Shown here piece by piece: positions 36,106 through 49,585 of a stretch of 64,000 nucleotides of DNA (the first letter of the stretch is position 1; each line of letters opens with the position of its first letter). The notes under the pieces are model-generated. The model was given only the letters and a program-made list of their open reading frames with translations, did no database searches and was not told where the DNA came from. Made by a program: the position numbers and the translations under genes. This stretch comes from Cyanophora paradoxa CCMP329 (taxonomy: Eukaryota > Plantae > Glaucophyta), in contig QPMI01000503.1 in NCBI GenBank assembly GCA_004431415.1, positions 186,001 through 250,000 on the forward strand, written 5' to 3'.

Positions 36106-37208
36106 CTACAGGAGGACGAGGCGGTAGAGCTCATCGGGTACAAGGTCGCAGAGCGCGCCGACGATGTAGCCGCCCCGGTCCCGCAGCACGTTGCGCATGT
36201 TCGAGCCGTCCATCTGCGCAGCACGCACAATTCAAAAGACGCGCTCAAATGGAGGGGGCGGCGCAGACAAGGATCGTAGCCATAGGACCGTCAGTTGCAT
36301 GCCCGAGGGCGGTCGCCGCGCGTTGGATAAGGTCGGGAAATGTGTCGAGCTGCGGGCAAATTAGCGGCGGCGGCGATGACGCGGTTGAGCGCGCCTTGGG
36401 GTGGAAAGACACGTTGGCAGTCTCCAGGAGACCCTCGCACTGGACGCGGATGTGCACGCGAGCCGCCATCGGATCGTTCGAGGCCGCGCGCATTAGACCC
36501 GGAGAATTCAGAGTGGTAGCAGGGATCGCTCCAGGCCCGATTCCCGAGGTTATTGCCCACGGAACCGAAGGATATCGATCCGTGCTGGGCGAGCCGACCG
36601 AGCTTGAAGCTGCGGGAAAACTGGCGGGCAACGCGGACGGCGCCGACTGTCGGTGCAGCTTAGCTAGCCTGTCGGGCTTCGGCGTGTTCCGGCGCTTATT
36701 CGTCCGCTCCGCCGTGTGCGTCGCGGTCATCGCAGCTATCGCCGCTGCCTTCGTCTTTGCTAGGGGATCGCTGAATTCGTGCTTTGCCAAGTGCCGCGTG
36801 AACGCGCTTGCCGACTTCGCCGCAAAGTTGAATACGCGGTTGCTGCATCCGTCGACCGTGCACTTAATAAACCTGCGCGCTTGAGATGAGAATGAGCCAG
36901 CGGCAGCAGGCGGAAGGCGCAGCGCACTCTTTCCCGTTCTTCCTGCCGATGCGGCCGTACTCCCAGTACCACGCATCGAGCTGCTTTCGCCTCTCCGCCC
37001 AGACATCGTCACTGTAGGGCACGAAATCTCCATCCTCATCAGCATCCTCCGCGCCCAGCTCGTTGGAAGCTGACGACGGCCCGGTTGACAGCGGATCGAG
37101 GTGGGCCGACGGATTGGCACCACTGCCGTCAAAAGATGCGCCGGAGTGAGATTCCGACGCAATTTCCGCGAAGCCCGAGGCTTCGGCTATGTAGCTGCTC
37201 GACGACAT
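36106..37208 (-). CDS. BED-type zinc finger protein, tandem paralog 2
   Basis: WYWEYGRIGRKNGKEFIKCTVDGC...SAFTRHLAKH. Same exon structure and near-identical C-terminus as paralog 1. Confidence 0.72.
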
Positions 37209-38085
37209 GGCCGGCTTGGTCGGCTCCTCGGCGGCTTGCCCCTCGACCAGCCTTTCGTGGCTGGGGGGGATACAGGCGCCAATTAGACAGAGCAAGCTGA
37301 CCCCTGCATGAAGTCCTCGCCGGGCGTCGCGGAAGTGGCGGAGGACGAAGCTGATAGCTGCGTTTCGATGCTCGGGCACATCGCCGACAGACGAGCTGCG
37401 AGCGGGCTCGGCGTTCGCTATTCCGCTCTAGCATTGCGGCATACAGGCTTCCACCAGGTCAAAGGCACTGCGTGTGTCTTTTCTGAGCTCAGCGGAGTGC
37501 CAGCGGCACCCGAGCTTGCGCTCTGCGTCTGCGGCGACCGGCACAGTCGCTTGCTTAGCGGCTCGTGTCGCGCTCCAGCCTCGTATCCAGCGCTAGCATG
37601 CTCGGTCGCGCTTGCGAATCCGCCAAGCAGGCCGCGCGCGGCGGGCCCCCGTCCGCTTTTGACCATGCACATGGCCAATTGCAAGTTGCAAGGCTTCGCG
37701 ACTGCGGCGCCCGGCCGGCACCGCGGCCGTCCGCAGTTTGGTTTCGCTATCGTGTGTGCGGGGCGCCCGGCCAGTACCGCCGCGGGCTTCCGCAGTTGGA
37801 ACGCACCACCGGGAGAAAGGTGCGCGCGCGGGTGTTGCGGCCAGTCGAGCTTGGGCTGATCCCGCCACCCCCCCGCAGATCCAGACTCATCTCCTCTCTT
37901 TTCGAATTCTTTCCTCAAACTTGAGCGTGAATAGTTCTCCCTCGAGAATTCGAAGTCGGAGCTCGAGCTCGTCTCCTCTAGCTAGCTTTAGGTAGATCTA
38001 GATCCCCTGAACGTCTTCTCTAGATCTAGATCTCTTAGCTTGTCAACGTCTTCGCAAAACTGGGTGCTTCCGCTGATCGAGGTCG

Positions 38086-40549
38086 ATGGTAAGCATGCAG
38101 ATTCGTGACCTCTCGCGGGCCTAGCATAATCATTTTCGCGTGCCTCGGTGCAGCCGGAGGAGCCAGCCGAAATCGCGAGGAGGCTCCTCCTCGAGACGCA
38201 GAGGCGTTTGCTCGGCGGCAGGCAGCCGTCGCAGGGCGCGAATTCGAAGATAAGCAACGCGGCGGCCATCGCTGCGGGAATTGTCCCATGCGCGATTTAC
38301 CTCCTGCGATTTGATGACAAGCCCAACTTGCAGGCACGTACGATGTCGATACTCTCGATTTCTGGTCGCGTTGCGGCAATTGCGCGGCAGGATTTGAGCG
38401 CGCACAGGTGGAGGCCGCCCGCTGGATTTCGGTCTTGACGAACACTTCGTTCGAGGCCACCCGCGCGGTCGCTCACGTGCAGGGCATTCCTCCACTCGTC
38501 CGCCTCCTTCGCTCTCCGCACGAGAAAGTGCGCCTCCAGGTGCGAAGTTTCGACGAGTGCTTTACATGTGCGTGCACGCGGGCGAGCATTCGACGGCTGA
38601 GCGGCTCCCGCAGGCTCTATGGGCGCTGGGTGGGATCACAGGCGACCTCCCCGCCCACCGAGACGACGTGCTCCGGGCAGGAGCGCTGGCGCCGATCTGC
38701 GACCTCGCGGCCGTGTTGGCGTCGCCGCACACCTCGGTCCGCGCCGCCGCCTGGGTCCTCTCGAACATCTGCAGGAACAGACCTAAGCCGCCCCTCTCCT
38801 CGGTGCGCTCCCTGGACCCGCTTCGCCGCATCAGCGCGTGCGAGCTCAGCCGCGGGCCCCCGCAGATCCGCGACGCGGTCCCCACCCTCGTCCAGCTCCT
38901 CTCGTGTGCCGACGTCGAGGTGGGTCGAAACCCCGGCCGGCGCCCCCACCTCTCTCCCCGCCCCCGAATCCGACCCGGTCGAAAGGTCCTTTCCGACGCT
39001 TGCTGGGCCCTCCACGAGGTGCTTGACTCTCAAACCCCGCCCGTCTCCGATCCTCTCTAGATCTTTCCTCCGCCTTACCGGCGGGCCGCGGCCGGGGGGG
39101 AAGGTCGCGACGGACGCGTCGTCGGACGCGCCGGCGACGCACGACGCGCTGCAGGCGATCGCCGAGGCGAGCGCCTGCGCGCCCCTCGCCCGCCTCCTCT
39201 CGTGCGCCCGGCCCGCCGTGTCGGGATCCCTTCTCGCCCTCCTCACGATTGGGCGTCGCCCCGGCAGGCACCTCGCGATGGCGGTGCGGGAGCCTGCGCT
39301 GAAGACCCTCGCGACGATCTGCACCGGCACCAACGAGCTCGCCCAGGCCCGCCCGCCCGCCCGCCCGGACCGGAGCCGAGCCGAGCCGCGGCCCGCTGAA
39401 CGCGCGCGCGCCCGGGCAGGCGGTTCTGGACGGCGGGGCGCTGCCCGGGCTCCTGGCGTGCCTGGAGAGCGGGGATGCCTCCCTCCGCCGCGAGGCGACG
39501 TGGGCCGCTTCCAACATCGCCGCCGGCACCCGCCCCCAAGTCAAGGCGCGCGCATGTGTACCACCCCCCCCCGCCCCTCGCGCCCCCCCCCCCTTCCTGA
39601 GCCGAGCCCAGGCCCTGATCGCCGCCGGCTTCCTACCCGCCCTCGTCTCCCTCCTCCGGCGCCCCGACGAGTGCCCGGACGACGCCGCGGTACCCCCCTT
39701 CCTTCTCCCCCTCCCTCGGGGGTACATGCTGAGCCGCCCGCGCGCCCCCAGTGGGCCATCTGCAATGCCGTGAGGGGGGGAGGCCCCCACGCGATGCGGT
39801 ACCTGCCCCGCCCCCGCTCTCCCGCGCCCCTTGCATCTGAGCCGGAGCCGGCGCAGGGCGGCGGCCGAGGCCGGCTGCATAAAGCCGCTGGTGGACCTGC
39901 TGAGCCCCGTGCGGGAGCCGCACCTGCTCGCGGCCATCGTGGCGGCGCTGGACGCCTTCGTGCGGGGCGGGGAGGCCTCGGGCCTGCCGGGCTCCAACCC
40001 CTACGCCGCCCTCCTCCGCAAGGCCGGCGCCCCCGAGCGCCTCGAGGGCCTCGCCTCCGGCGCCGCCGGCGCGTCCCTCGCCGCCGCCGCAACCGAGCTG
40101 CGGGCGCGCCTCGCCTCCTGGCGCGACCGCAAGCGCGAGGCCCGGCGCGGCTCCGGCGGCTCCGGCGCCGGCGCCGGCGCCGGCGGGAGGGACTGCACCC
40201 CGACGCCGCCCTCGTCCCCGAGCGCGAGCGGGCCTCCCCGGCGGCCTCCCCGTCCCGCGCGCAGCCGCCGCCAGCTGCAGCGAGCGCGGGCCAGCGCGGC
40301 CCGTACGTCTCCTTCCTCCTCGGCTCCGGGCCCCAGCCGTCCGCGGCCTCGGCCGGCTCGCCCTCGCCGCCGCCCAAGCCGGCGGTCCCGCGCGAGCTGG
40401 TGCTTGAGGCGCCGGGGCACTGCGACATCACCAGCGCCGACGCCGAGACCGCCGCGTGCCGCGGGTGGGCGGCGGTGTCGGCGCCGGCGCCCGTCGTCCT
40501 CGGTCCCTCCAACAGCGTCAACAACCTCAACAACCGCGGCCGGCCCTGA
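38086..40549 (+). CDS. Importin-alpha-like armadillo repeat protein
   Basis: GIVPCAIYLLRFDDKPNLQVEAARWISVLTN, GIPPLVRLLRSPHEKVRLQALWALGGITGD, AAWVLSNICRNRPKP, VLSDACWAL, LRREATWAASNIAAG, WAICNA. Start and tail uncertain. Confidence 0.85.
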
Positions 40550-40972
40550 CGTGAGCGGCCGAGGTCGACGTCAGGCTGCGCAGGCCTAGGCTGCAGTGGT
40601 AGTGGTAGTGTTTTCGTGTTTAGCACCTGGAATCAGACCGTCACACCGCGCCAGCGGCAGCTAGAGCAGCGAGAAGTTGCTGGGGGGCGGAAGGAGGGGG
40701 GAAGGCCTAGGATCGGAGGAGGACGCGGGCAGACGAGTCAAGGGGGTACAGGTTATAATTCGGTCTTCAGCTGACTCCTTCCTCGCCGGCCGGCGCAACT
40801 AGCTTCTCGCTGCAAGCAGCGCGTGACGTCTTAGCGCATTCTAGGCATCGCAGCATCGAATCGAAACAGCGACAACTCAGCCGACGGCGTCCGCGGACCG
40901 AGCGCCGTCCGCTTGTTGCTCGTGGCGGCGGGCACGGTGCGGTGCGCGGCAAGCGAAGATCTCAACTCTGTG

Positions 40973-42319
40973 ATGACACAGAGTTCAGGTGCGCGCTCCC
41001 TTGCTCCCTCGCAGCCCCAGATGCACGCTCACTTGCTGGTGCGTTCGCCTGCCGATTACCCGCAGGCGCGCCCTCGCAAGCCGGTGAGAGCTTCGAGCAT
41101 TTTGTGCGTACATGCGGCCTGCACGAGGCGGACAAGTGCATCGCGCGGCTCAGCGAGGTGCGTTCCGTTCCCGCGCCGGGACGTGCGCGGGCCGGACCGG
41201 ACCAGGCGAGCTCGCTGCAAGCGAGCGTGCTGAGGCCTCGCAGGCTAACGTGGACTTCGATGTCGCGGAAGACCTCGACCAGAGCGCACTGCAGGGGATG
41301 GGCTTCTCCTGGGGTGCGCATGCGAATGCGTTTGCATAGATTCGTGCTGTGCGCCCGCCCGAGCGCTGCTGACGAGCCGCGCAGGGGACGCTCAGCGGCT
41401 CATCCGGGGCCTCGTGCGGCGCCAGAGGGAGGCCGAACGGCTCGCGGAGGCGGAGCACGAGCGCCGGCGGCCGCGGCCCGAGGCGGGGGCGGGGCGGCCG
41501 GAGCCCGTCGAGGAGGTGCTGGAGGACGGGGCGGCGCCGGAGATGGAGGAGGAGGCGGAGGACGCCGTGGACGGGCTGCAGGACATGATCGACGACACCG
41601 AGCAGGAGACGGTCATGGAGGAGATCCGGGCCGACCTGGGGCCCCTCATCCAGCACCTCCGCAGGGGCCGCGCCGACCGCGACCTGCTCGAGCAGGAGCC
41701 GCAGCAGGAGCCGCAGCAGCCGCAGCCGCAGCCGCAGCCGAAGGCGGGTCCCAGCCGCCCGCCGCGCCGCCGCGGCCTGGGCGAGACGATCGAGGCGCTG
41801 AGGAGAGCTCAGCAGAAGGCGGAGCAGCCGCCGCCGCAGGGTGAGGGCATCGCCGCCGCCCGTGCGCCCCTCCCGCCCTCCGCCCCGCTCCGCGCGCCTC
41901 TGACGCGCCTTCCCCCGCCGCAGCGCACGCGGACCCTGCGGCGCCGCTGCAGCTCTGCCCGTCCACGCCCTCCGCCCCGCCGAGCCCCTTCCCGCGTTCG
42001 TCTCCGCCGAGCCCCTCCGGTGCGCTCCGTCTCCTCCTTCCCCCTCCCCTTCTCCTCCACTGCGCTCTGACCTGCCGCCGCCGCCGCGCAGTGGGGGCGG
42101 GGGAGCCCCGGACGCCCGACACGGTCGCCATGATCACGGACCCCGAGCGGCTCCCCACGCCGCGGCCGGCGCCGCCGCCGCCCGAGTCGGCGAAGTCGGC
42201 GCAGAAGGGCGCGGGGCCGAGCGAGCTCGGGGGAGGCTGGCTGGAGGACATGGAGGAGGACATGGCGCTGCCCCCGCCCCTCATCCCGCCCCCCGCGCCC
42301 CCGCGCGAGCGGCCGGAGC

Positions 42320-42350
<31 letters not shown>

Positions 42351-45300
42351 GGTTGAGGAGGAGGAGGAGGATGAGGACATGTTCGAGCCGATCCCTCCCT
42401 CCGGCGACACTGCCGCCAAGCCGGCGGCTCCTAAAGACGGCGAGCCGTCCACAGGCGCTGCCACAGCCTCGGCGCCGGCGGCTGCGCGGGCGCCGCCGCC
42501 GCCGGAGGTGATCGTGCTCGACGATTCGGACGAGGAGGAGAGGGGCCGCGGCCCGCCCCCGGCCCCGCCCGGCACCGCGCCCCCGCCCAAGCGCCGGCCC
42601 CGGCCCCGGCTTCAGCTCCGGCGCCGGCGCCGGCGCCGGCGGCGTCGCGGGCCTCGGGCTCGGGCTCGGGCTCGGCGTCGGAGCCGCCGGCGAAGCGGGC
42701 GCGGCTCTCGGAGAAGGCGCGGGGGAAGCTGCCCGTCGGGCGCCACGTGCCCATCGACCTCGAGGAGGAGGACGAGGACGAGGAGGGGGAGCGGGAGGAG
42801 CGGCTCCGGGGGCCCCCGGCCCCGATGGAGAGGGGCGGGGCGGCGGCCGCCGCCGCCGCGGGCCGCCGCTTGGCGAGCCCCGCCGGCGAGGCGGCTGAGG
42901 AGGACGAGGACGACGACGAGGACGAGGAGGACGAGGAGGAGTACCTCCCGGGATCGGTCGGCCGGCTCTTCCGCTCGCCCCTCCCGCTCTCTCTGAACTC
43001 CGCGCCGCAGTTCGATCCCGAGGCGAACGCTCGCCCTCGGGCGGCGCCGGCGCCGAAGGGCGAGGGGGAGGCGGAGGCGGAGGCGGAGGGGCGGGGGGGC
43101 CCGCGGCGGGGCCGCTCGCGGGGCCTGGCCCCCCAGGACCGCGTCTCGCTTCCTTACACGGGGGAGGAGGAGGGGCTCGCGGGCCCGCCCAGCTCGGTGC
43201 GCCTCCGCCGCCCCTCCGTCCCGCTCCTCTCCCTTATGTTCGAGCCGGGGCCGGGGCCGGGGCGAGCGCAGCCGGAGACGCTGACGAGCGACGAGAGCGG
43301 CGGGGACGGGGGCGCCGGCTCCGGCTCCGGAGACGAGACGGAGATGGAGGACAAGTCCGAGGAGAGGGACGGGGAGCGGGCCGACCGGGAGGGGGGCGCG
43401 CCGACCGCCGGCCCTGGGCGCGGCCGCGGGCGCCGCCGCACGCCCACCCCGACGCCCCCCGAGGTTCGCTGGCCCCCCGTCCCTCCATCCCCTCCCCCCC
43501 ACCTAACCTTGCGTACCCCCCGCAGGCCGAGCCCTGGGACGGCGTGGAGGTGGACCCCGCCCTCCGCCACGTCGTCCCGGGGTACGAGATGCTCCCCCTC
43601 CTTCCCCCCTTCCACGCCTCCTCCTGACGGGCCCTACGCTTCAGGGTGGCGGTGCACAGCGCCGTGGCGCGGCACCTCATGCCCCATCAGGTCCCCATCC
43701 CCTTCCTCCCCGCCTTCTCGCGCGCCTCCAACTCTAAGGCCCGCGCAGCTGGAGGCGGTGCGGTTCCTGTGGCGCACGTGCGTGGAGGAGGTCGACGCCC
43801 TCGCCGCCCGCGACGCCAAAGGCAAGCGCCGCGCGCGCCGCTCCCCCGCCCGCCGCCTTCCGCCGCCCTCCGCTCACGCGGGGCCGCCGCCGCCGCCCCG
43901 CGCGCAGTGCAAATCAGCGGCGGCGTCGTCGCCCACAACATGGTACTGTACCCCCGGCCCCGCCCCCGGCCCCCCGCCCCGCTCCTGCGCCTGACCGCCT
44001 CGCCTCACCTCGCCTCGCCTCGCCGCAGGGCCTCGGCAAGACCCTCTCGGTCCTTCCTTGCCCCTACCCCCCCGGCCCCGCCGCTTTGCCTCCCTCTGAC
44101 GCCCCGCAGACGATCGCGTTCCTGCACACGCGGCACCTGCACCCGGGCTCGCCCCGCCCGCCCTGCTTCCTCATCGTGGCCCCCGTCAACACCACGGAGA
44201 ACTGGCTCGCGGAGCTGCGGCGCTGGGTACCCCCCAACGCCGATCCCATGCGCATCGAGCCGGCCACCCCGAAGGCCAGGCTCGAGGAGGCGCGCCGCGC
44301 CGTACCCCCCTTTCATTCTCGGTCCGGCCTCCTTTCTTACTCTGTGCCCCCGCCAGGTCGTCTCGCGCCTTGAGCGCTGGCGCACCGAGGGCGGCTGCTT
44401 CGTCATCGGGTGCGCTGTACCCCCACCCCCCTCCCCCCCGCTTCCTGACCCTTTGCTCCCCTCCCGCCGCAGCTACGAGCGCCTGCGGCAGCTCCTACTC
44501 ACGAAGGAGCACGCCAACATGGGTACGCATCCTTCTCCGCCTTCAGCTTTCGGCCCGCCTCGCCCCACCTCGCCTCACCAGCCTGGCAGTGGCGAAGGCG
44601 ATGAAGAGCCAGCGGGGCCGGCGCGGGGCGGTGCGGGCGAACCAGGGGGCCCTGGAGCGCTTCCTGCGGAGGCCCGGCGCCGAGGGCCAGGAGCGCACCG
44701 CAGACGAGTTCCTCAAGGTGGCAGCCTCTACTGCTCTCCGCAGTCTCTACTTTAGAGCCCTGACCCGCCCGCCCGCCCGCCGGCAGATGGCGAAGGCGCG
44801 CTCGTCGCCCAAGTACAACCGGGAGCTCGCCGACGCGAAGAGGCGAATCGCGCGGGACCCCCTCGACACGCCCGGCCAGGCGCGCCCTCACCTGAGGTTT
44901 TCCCCTTGACTTTGGCGAGCTGTACCCCTGATTCCTTCCTTCTCGCCCCCCCCTCCCCCCCCTCCCCCCCTCGCAGGAATTGTTCCGGCGGGCGCGGGCG
45001 GCGCTGTGCGGGGCGGCGCGGCCCGGGGGCGAGGCGCCCTTCCCCTGCCCCTTCGACGTCCTCGTCCTCGACGAGGGGCACCGCATCAAGGTGCGAGAGT
45101 ACCGTACCCCGGCCCCTCCAACCCTTGACCCCTCCGCAGTCGGACGGGAGCCAGCAGACGGTGGCGATGGGCCTGCTCTCGGCCCGCCGGCGGGCCCTGC
45201 TCTCGGGGTACCCCCTCCAGAACAACCTCTGGGAGTACTACCACATGCTCGGTCCGCGTTCCTCTGCTGGGGTTATGACATCGGGGGGTACTGACCTTCG

Positions 45301-48300
45301 GGGGGCGCAGAGTACGCTCGCCCGGGCTGCCTCGGTGCGCCGTACCCCCCTTACCCCTCCCCCTCCCCCGCCCACACCTCTGTACCCCCCGCAGGCACGC
45401 AGCGGGCCTTCTGGGGCTCCTTCATCTGGCCCATCGATTTGGGGACCTTCCGGGACTCGAACCCCGACGAGGTCCGCACGATGTACAAGCGCCTCCACGT
45501 CCTCCACGAGGTGCCATACCCCCCTCGGGCTCCACCCCCCCCTACACTCTCACACTTCGAGCAGCGCGTGAAGCCGTACGTGGACCGGCGGGACGCCGGA
45601 GTGCTCCGCAAAGCCATCGCCGAGCGCAACGACGACCGCCAGGCCCGCCCCGCTCCGAATCATCGTACCCCGCGCATGGCCTTACCCGCTTCGTTCGCAG
45701 AAGTTCGAGTTCATCCTGCACGTCCGCCTGGACCCCGTCTCGGTACCCCCCCTGCCCCTCCCCGCGCCGCCCTTGCCTCGGAGCTCTGACCGGCGTGCGG
45801 CAGGCGGAGCTGTACGAGAAGCTGGTGGCGGCTGCGCTGGAGGGACGGCTACTGCCCCCGCCGCCCCGCAAGAGCCGGCGTCGAGGGCGCAAGGCGCAGC
45901 AGGGCCAGCAGCAGCAGCAGCAGGGCCAGGAGGAGGAGGAAGAGGAGGAGGAGGAGAACGGGGCGGAGGCGGGCGCGGCGGCCGGGGAGGGGGGTGAGGA
46001 GGCAGGGGAGGATGCCCCCGCCGGCCCCGCCGGCCCCGCCGGCGGCGGCCGCGGGGCCAAGCGTAAGCGGGGGCAGCCTCGGCCTCAGCCTCAGCCTCAG
46101 CAGGAGGAGGGAGGCGAGGGCGGGGCGGCGGGCGGGGCGGAGGGGGCGGGGGCGAGGCCGCCGCGGCGGGGGCGGGGCCGGAGGCCCGGCGTGACCTGCC
46201 CGTCCTGATGGCCTACCAGGCCGCCCGCAAGGCGCCCCGCCCCGCCCGCCCGCCCGCAGCGCTTTCCTCTGCTAAACTGAAGCGGCGCAGATCTTCAACA
46301 CGCCGGAGGTCCTCCGCCGCTTCGTGCAGCGCCTCGCCGCCAGCACCGCCGCCTCCGCCGCCTCCGCCGGGGCGAGCTCGAGTGGCCCGGGCGCGGGGGC
46401 GCCGGCGCCGGGGCCGGGGCCGCTGGAGCCGGCGGCCTCCGCCGCCCCCTCGCTCGTCGTCGAGGAGGAGCCCGACGAGGCCAGAGCCGAGGCCGAGGAG
46501 GCCGAGGCCGCCCCCGTGCCCCCTTTCCCGCTCTTTCTCGTCGCTGCCCCGGTTCTAAGCCTAGCCCGCGCGCAGGAGAAGGGCGGGAGGGGGAAGCGGG
46601 GCGGGGCGAGGGCGCCCGCGCCCGGGAAGGTGCGGCTGGACTACGGGTCGTTCGTGGATCCGTCCTTCGGGGATCGGGCGCCCTTCGCCCCCACAGACTC
46701 TAATAAGGTGCGCGCGGCTTAGACGGTTTCCTGAACCTTCAGAGGAGGCTCGGGGCCCGCCCGCCCGCCCGCCCGCCCGACCGGCCGCGGCGCGCAGGTC
46801 GCCGTGGCGCTCGAGATCGCGCGCCTCTCCGCCCAGGCCGGCGACAAGGCCCGCCCTCCCCTCTCCCCCCTCGCTGGCACGTCGGCCGCTGAGGCCCCTC
46901 CCTCGAGCGCGCGCAGGTGCTGCTCTTCAGCGCCTCGATCGAGACGCTGGACGTCTGCGAGGAGGCCGCCCGCGCCGCCCTCGGGTGCGTGCCCGGGCCC
47001 CTGCAGCTCCCGCCGCGCCCGTCTAGCTCCGCCCGCGATCGACGGCGCCGCAGGTACGAGCCCGGGCGGGAGATGTTCCGCATCGACGGGCGCACGAGCG
47101 CCCAGAAGCGCCACGAGCTCGTCCAGAGGTGGGTCGCCCGCCCTCCCCTTCGCCGTGCCCCCGAAGAGGCTGGGCCCAGGAAGAGCACGCGTCTGAGAAC
47201 GCTTGCCCTCGCGCGCGCGCGCAGGTTCAACTCGGACGACGGGGCGCGCCTCTTCGTGATCTCGACGGTGGCGGGCGGTATCGGCATCAACCTCACCTCC
47301 GGTGCCCCCGCCCGCCCCCGAGCCCCCCGCCCCGCTCTTCCCTCGCCTGGCCTGCCCTGGCCTGGCCTGGCCTGGCCTGGCTCACGGGGATTCTTCTTCT
47401 TCTTCGCAGCGAACCGCGTGATCGTGATGGACGCCTGCTGGAACCCCTGCCACGGTCCGCGCCCCGCCCGGCCCCGCCCCGCCCCGCCCGCGAGAGACCC
47501 CGCCCCCGCCCCTCCCTCTGAGCCCGCTCCTTGAGCGCAGACACGCAGGCGCTCTTCCGGGCGTACCGCTTCGGGCAGCGCAAGGACGTCTTCGTCTACC
47601 GCCTCGTCGGTCCGCCCGCCCCGCCCCGAGAAGCTTATGATAGAGCGTTAGATCTAGAATACAGATCTAGAGCGGGTCCGATCCCGTGCGTGAGCCTCTG
47701 CCGACTCGCGCGCGCGCGCGGCAGCGGCGGGGACGATGGAGTGGCGCGTCTACACGCAGCAGGTCGTCAAGCAGTCCCTCTTCAAGCGCGGTGCGCCGGA
47801 CCCGAGCCGACGCCCCGCCCCTCTGACTGTACTCGGCGCAGCGGTGGACTGCGCGGCGACCTCGCGGCACGTGGCGCGGCAGGAGGCCGCCGACTACTTC
47901 GCGGTGCCCCTCGAGTGGCGCCCGCCCGCCCGCTACGCGCGCTCCTCCGCCCGCGACCCCATCCTCGCCGTGCGCCTCTACGAGGCCCCGCGCCCGCGCC
48001 CGCCGCCGTCCCCGGCTAACTAACGAGCTGCTGCCGGCGCAGGAGGTCGTCTCCAAGTTTGCGGGGGCGGCGGATGGCGCGGAGGGGCGAGCGGGGGACG
48101 CGGAGGATGAGGAGGAAGAGGAGTGGGAGGAGGAGGAGGAAGGGGGGGGCGACCGGCTCGCCGAAGCCCTGGGCCTCCCGCCCTCCCAGCAGCAGCAGCA
48201 GAGGCGGCTGCGGAGGCTGGGCGGTCGGGATCGAACGACGGCGGCGGCGGCGGGGCGGGCGCCGCCAGCGGGGGCGGTGCTGCTGCGCGTCCACGAGCAC

Positions 48301-48624
48301 GAGTCGCTCCTCGCCGACGACGACCCGGGCGCACGGTCCGCCCCACCCCGCCCCGCCCCGCCTTAGGATAGGCCTCAGAGAAGAGCTAGCTCACGCCCCT
48401 GGCCCGGCTCGCGCGCGCGCAGGATCTCGGAGGGGGACCGGCGGGCGGCGGCGGGCGAGGTGGCCGAGGAGGAGGCGCGGGAGCGGGCGGAGCGGGCGGA
48501 GCGGGGGCGGGGCCGCCCGGGCGGTCGCCGCGGCGTCTTCCTCGACGAGGAGGACGAGGAGGAGGAGCAGGGGCAGGAGGAGGGGGCGGGGGCGGCGGGG
48601 GCCGGCGCCGGGGCCGGCGCGTAG
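40973..48624 (+). CDS. SNF2-family chromatin remodelling ATPase, ATRX/ARIP4(RAD54L2)-like, with N-terminal SAM-like domain
   Basis: [123 protein letters not shown]. Confidence 0.92.
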
Positions 48625-49585
48625 ACCCGAGGAGCCTGCAGCGGCCGCTGTTCGAACTGGTCAAACAAATCGTAGTCTTCATAGCTGTACAGTCATCGCA
48701 GTCATGATCATATAGATCGTATTCGATCGTATTCGCCCACTTATCCCAGAAGCGCTTCATGATCAACCGTACCTCTCCTCCAGCCTTAATTTCTACCAAA
48801 CTAGAAACGAAACGCATATACCCAAAGCATTGTATTTGTGCATGTACTTCTCCTTCTAGTACAAGGTGTAAAATTAGCTAGTTCTCCTCTGCAATTTTCC
48901 GTTTGCTCTGCAATCTATTCGAAATTCCATCATTTCATACGACGCTTGTACATGTCGCAGTGTACATGCACGATCAATTTCAGTTATTGCTGGCAGTGAT
49001 CGCAATCGAAGATCTTGATCACGAGTAGTGCATGCATGCGCATGCCGTACGCGTGGCCATGATCATGATGGCCCACATTTAGGCCGTGAGGGCCCAGCCC
49101 GGCCTTCGATTCGATTCGCAATCGATTATCAATACTCCAATCGCGATTTCGATCGGATTGCAATTTTATGTACAACGCCTTCTGCGCGATCGCCCGCGAT
49201 AGACTTAGCCTAGCTATAGGCTGGCCCAGTGGCACGCACAAATTTGATGTGCACATTGAATTACGTATACAGCTATTCGAAGTCAATGAGGAGAATTCGA
49301 AGGAGAAAGGAATTCGAAAAAGGATCCGGAAGACGAAATTGAAATCAAAAAGCGTGCCACGGTGCAAAGTCGCAATATTCATCATTCCTCAGCCTATATA
49401 TAGCTAGTCTCATCCGTAGGCCTCGGCCTCCTATTGTGGAGCACACCTATCAAGTTCCTGAGTTACATGTACAGGCTCAGCCTCGCAGTCTCTAATCACG
49501 CCAAGTCGAATCTAAGCTGCAAAGGCGAGCCCGCAGTCTCATAAACCTCGATATCTATAGACCTCCAAGAGGGGTCGCCTCGGGC

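Larger units (their letters stand above)
33840..37620 (-). repeat. Tandem duplication (~33.85-35.41 kb vs ~36.07-37.62 kb)
   Basis: Alignable 3' UTR, CDS and 5' regions of the two BED genes. Confidence 0.9.

Noticed and set aside
48984-49407. AT-rich ORFs downstream of the SNF2 gene
   Set aside because: Atypical codon composition, rich in short palindromes and no recognisable domain; likely intergenic.
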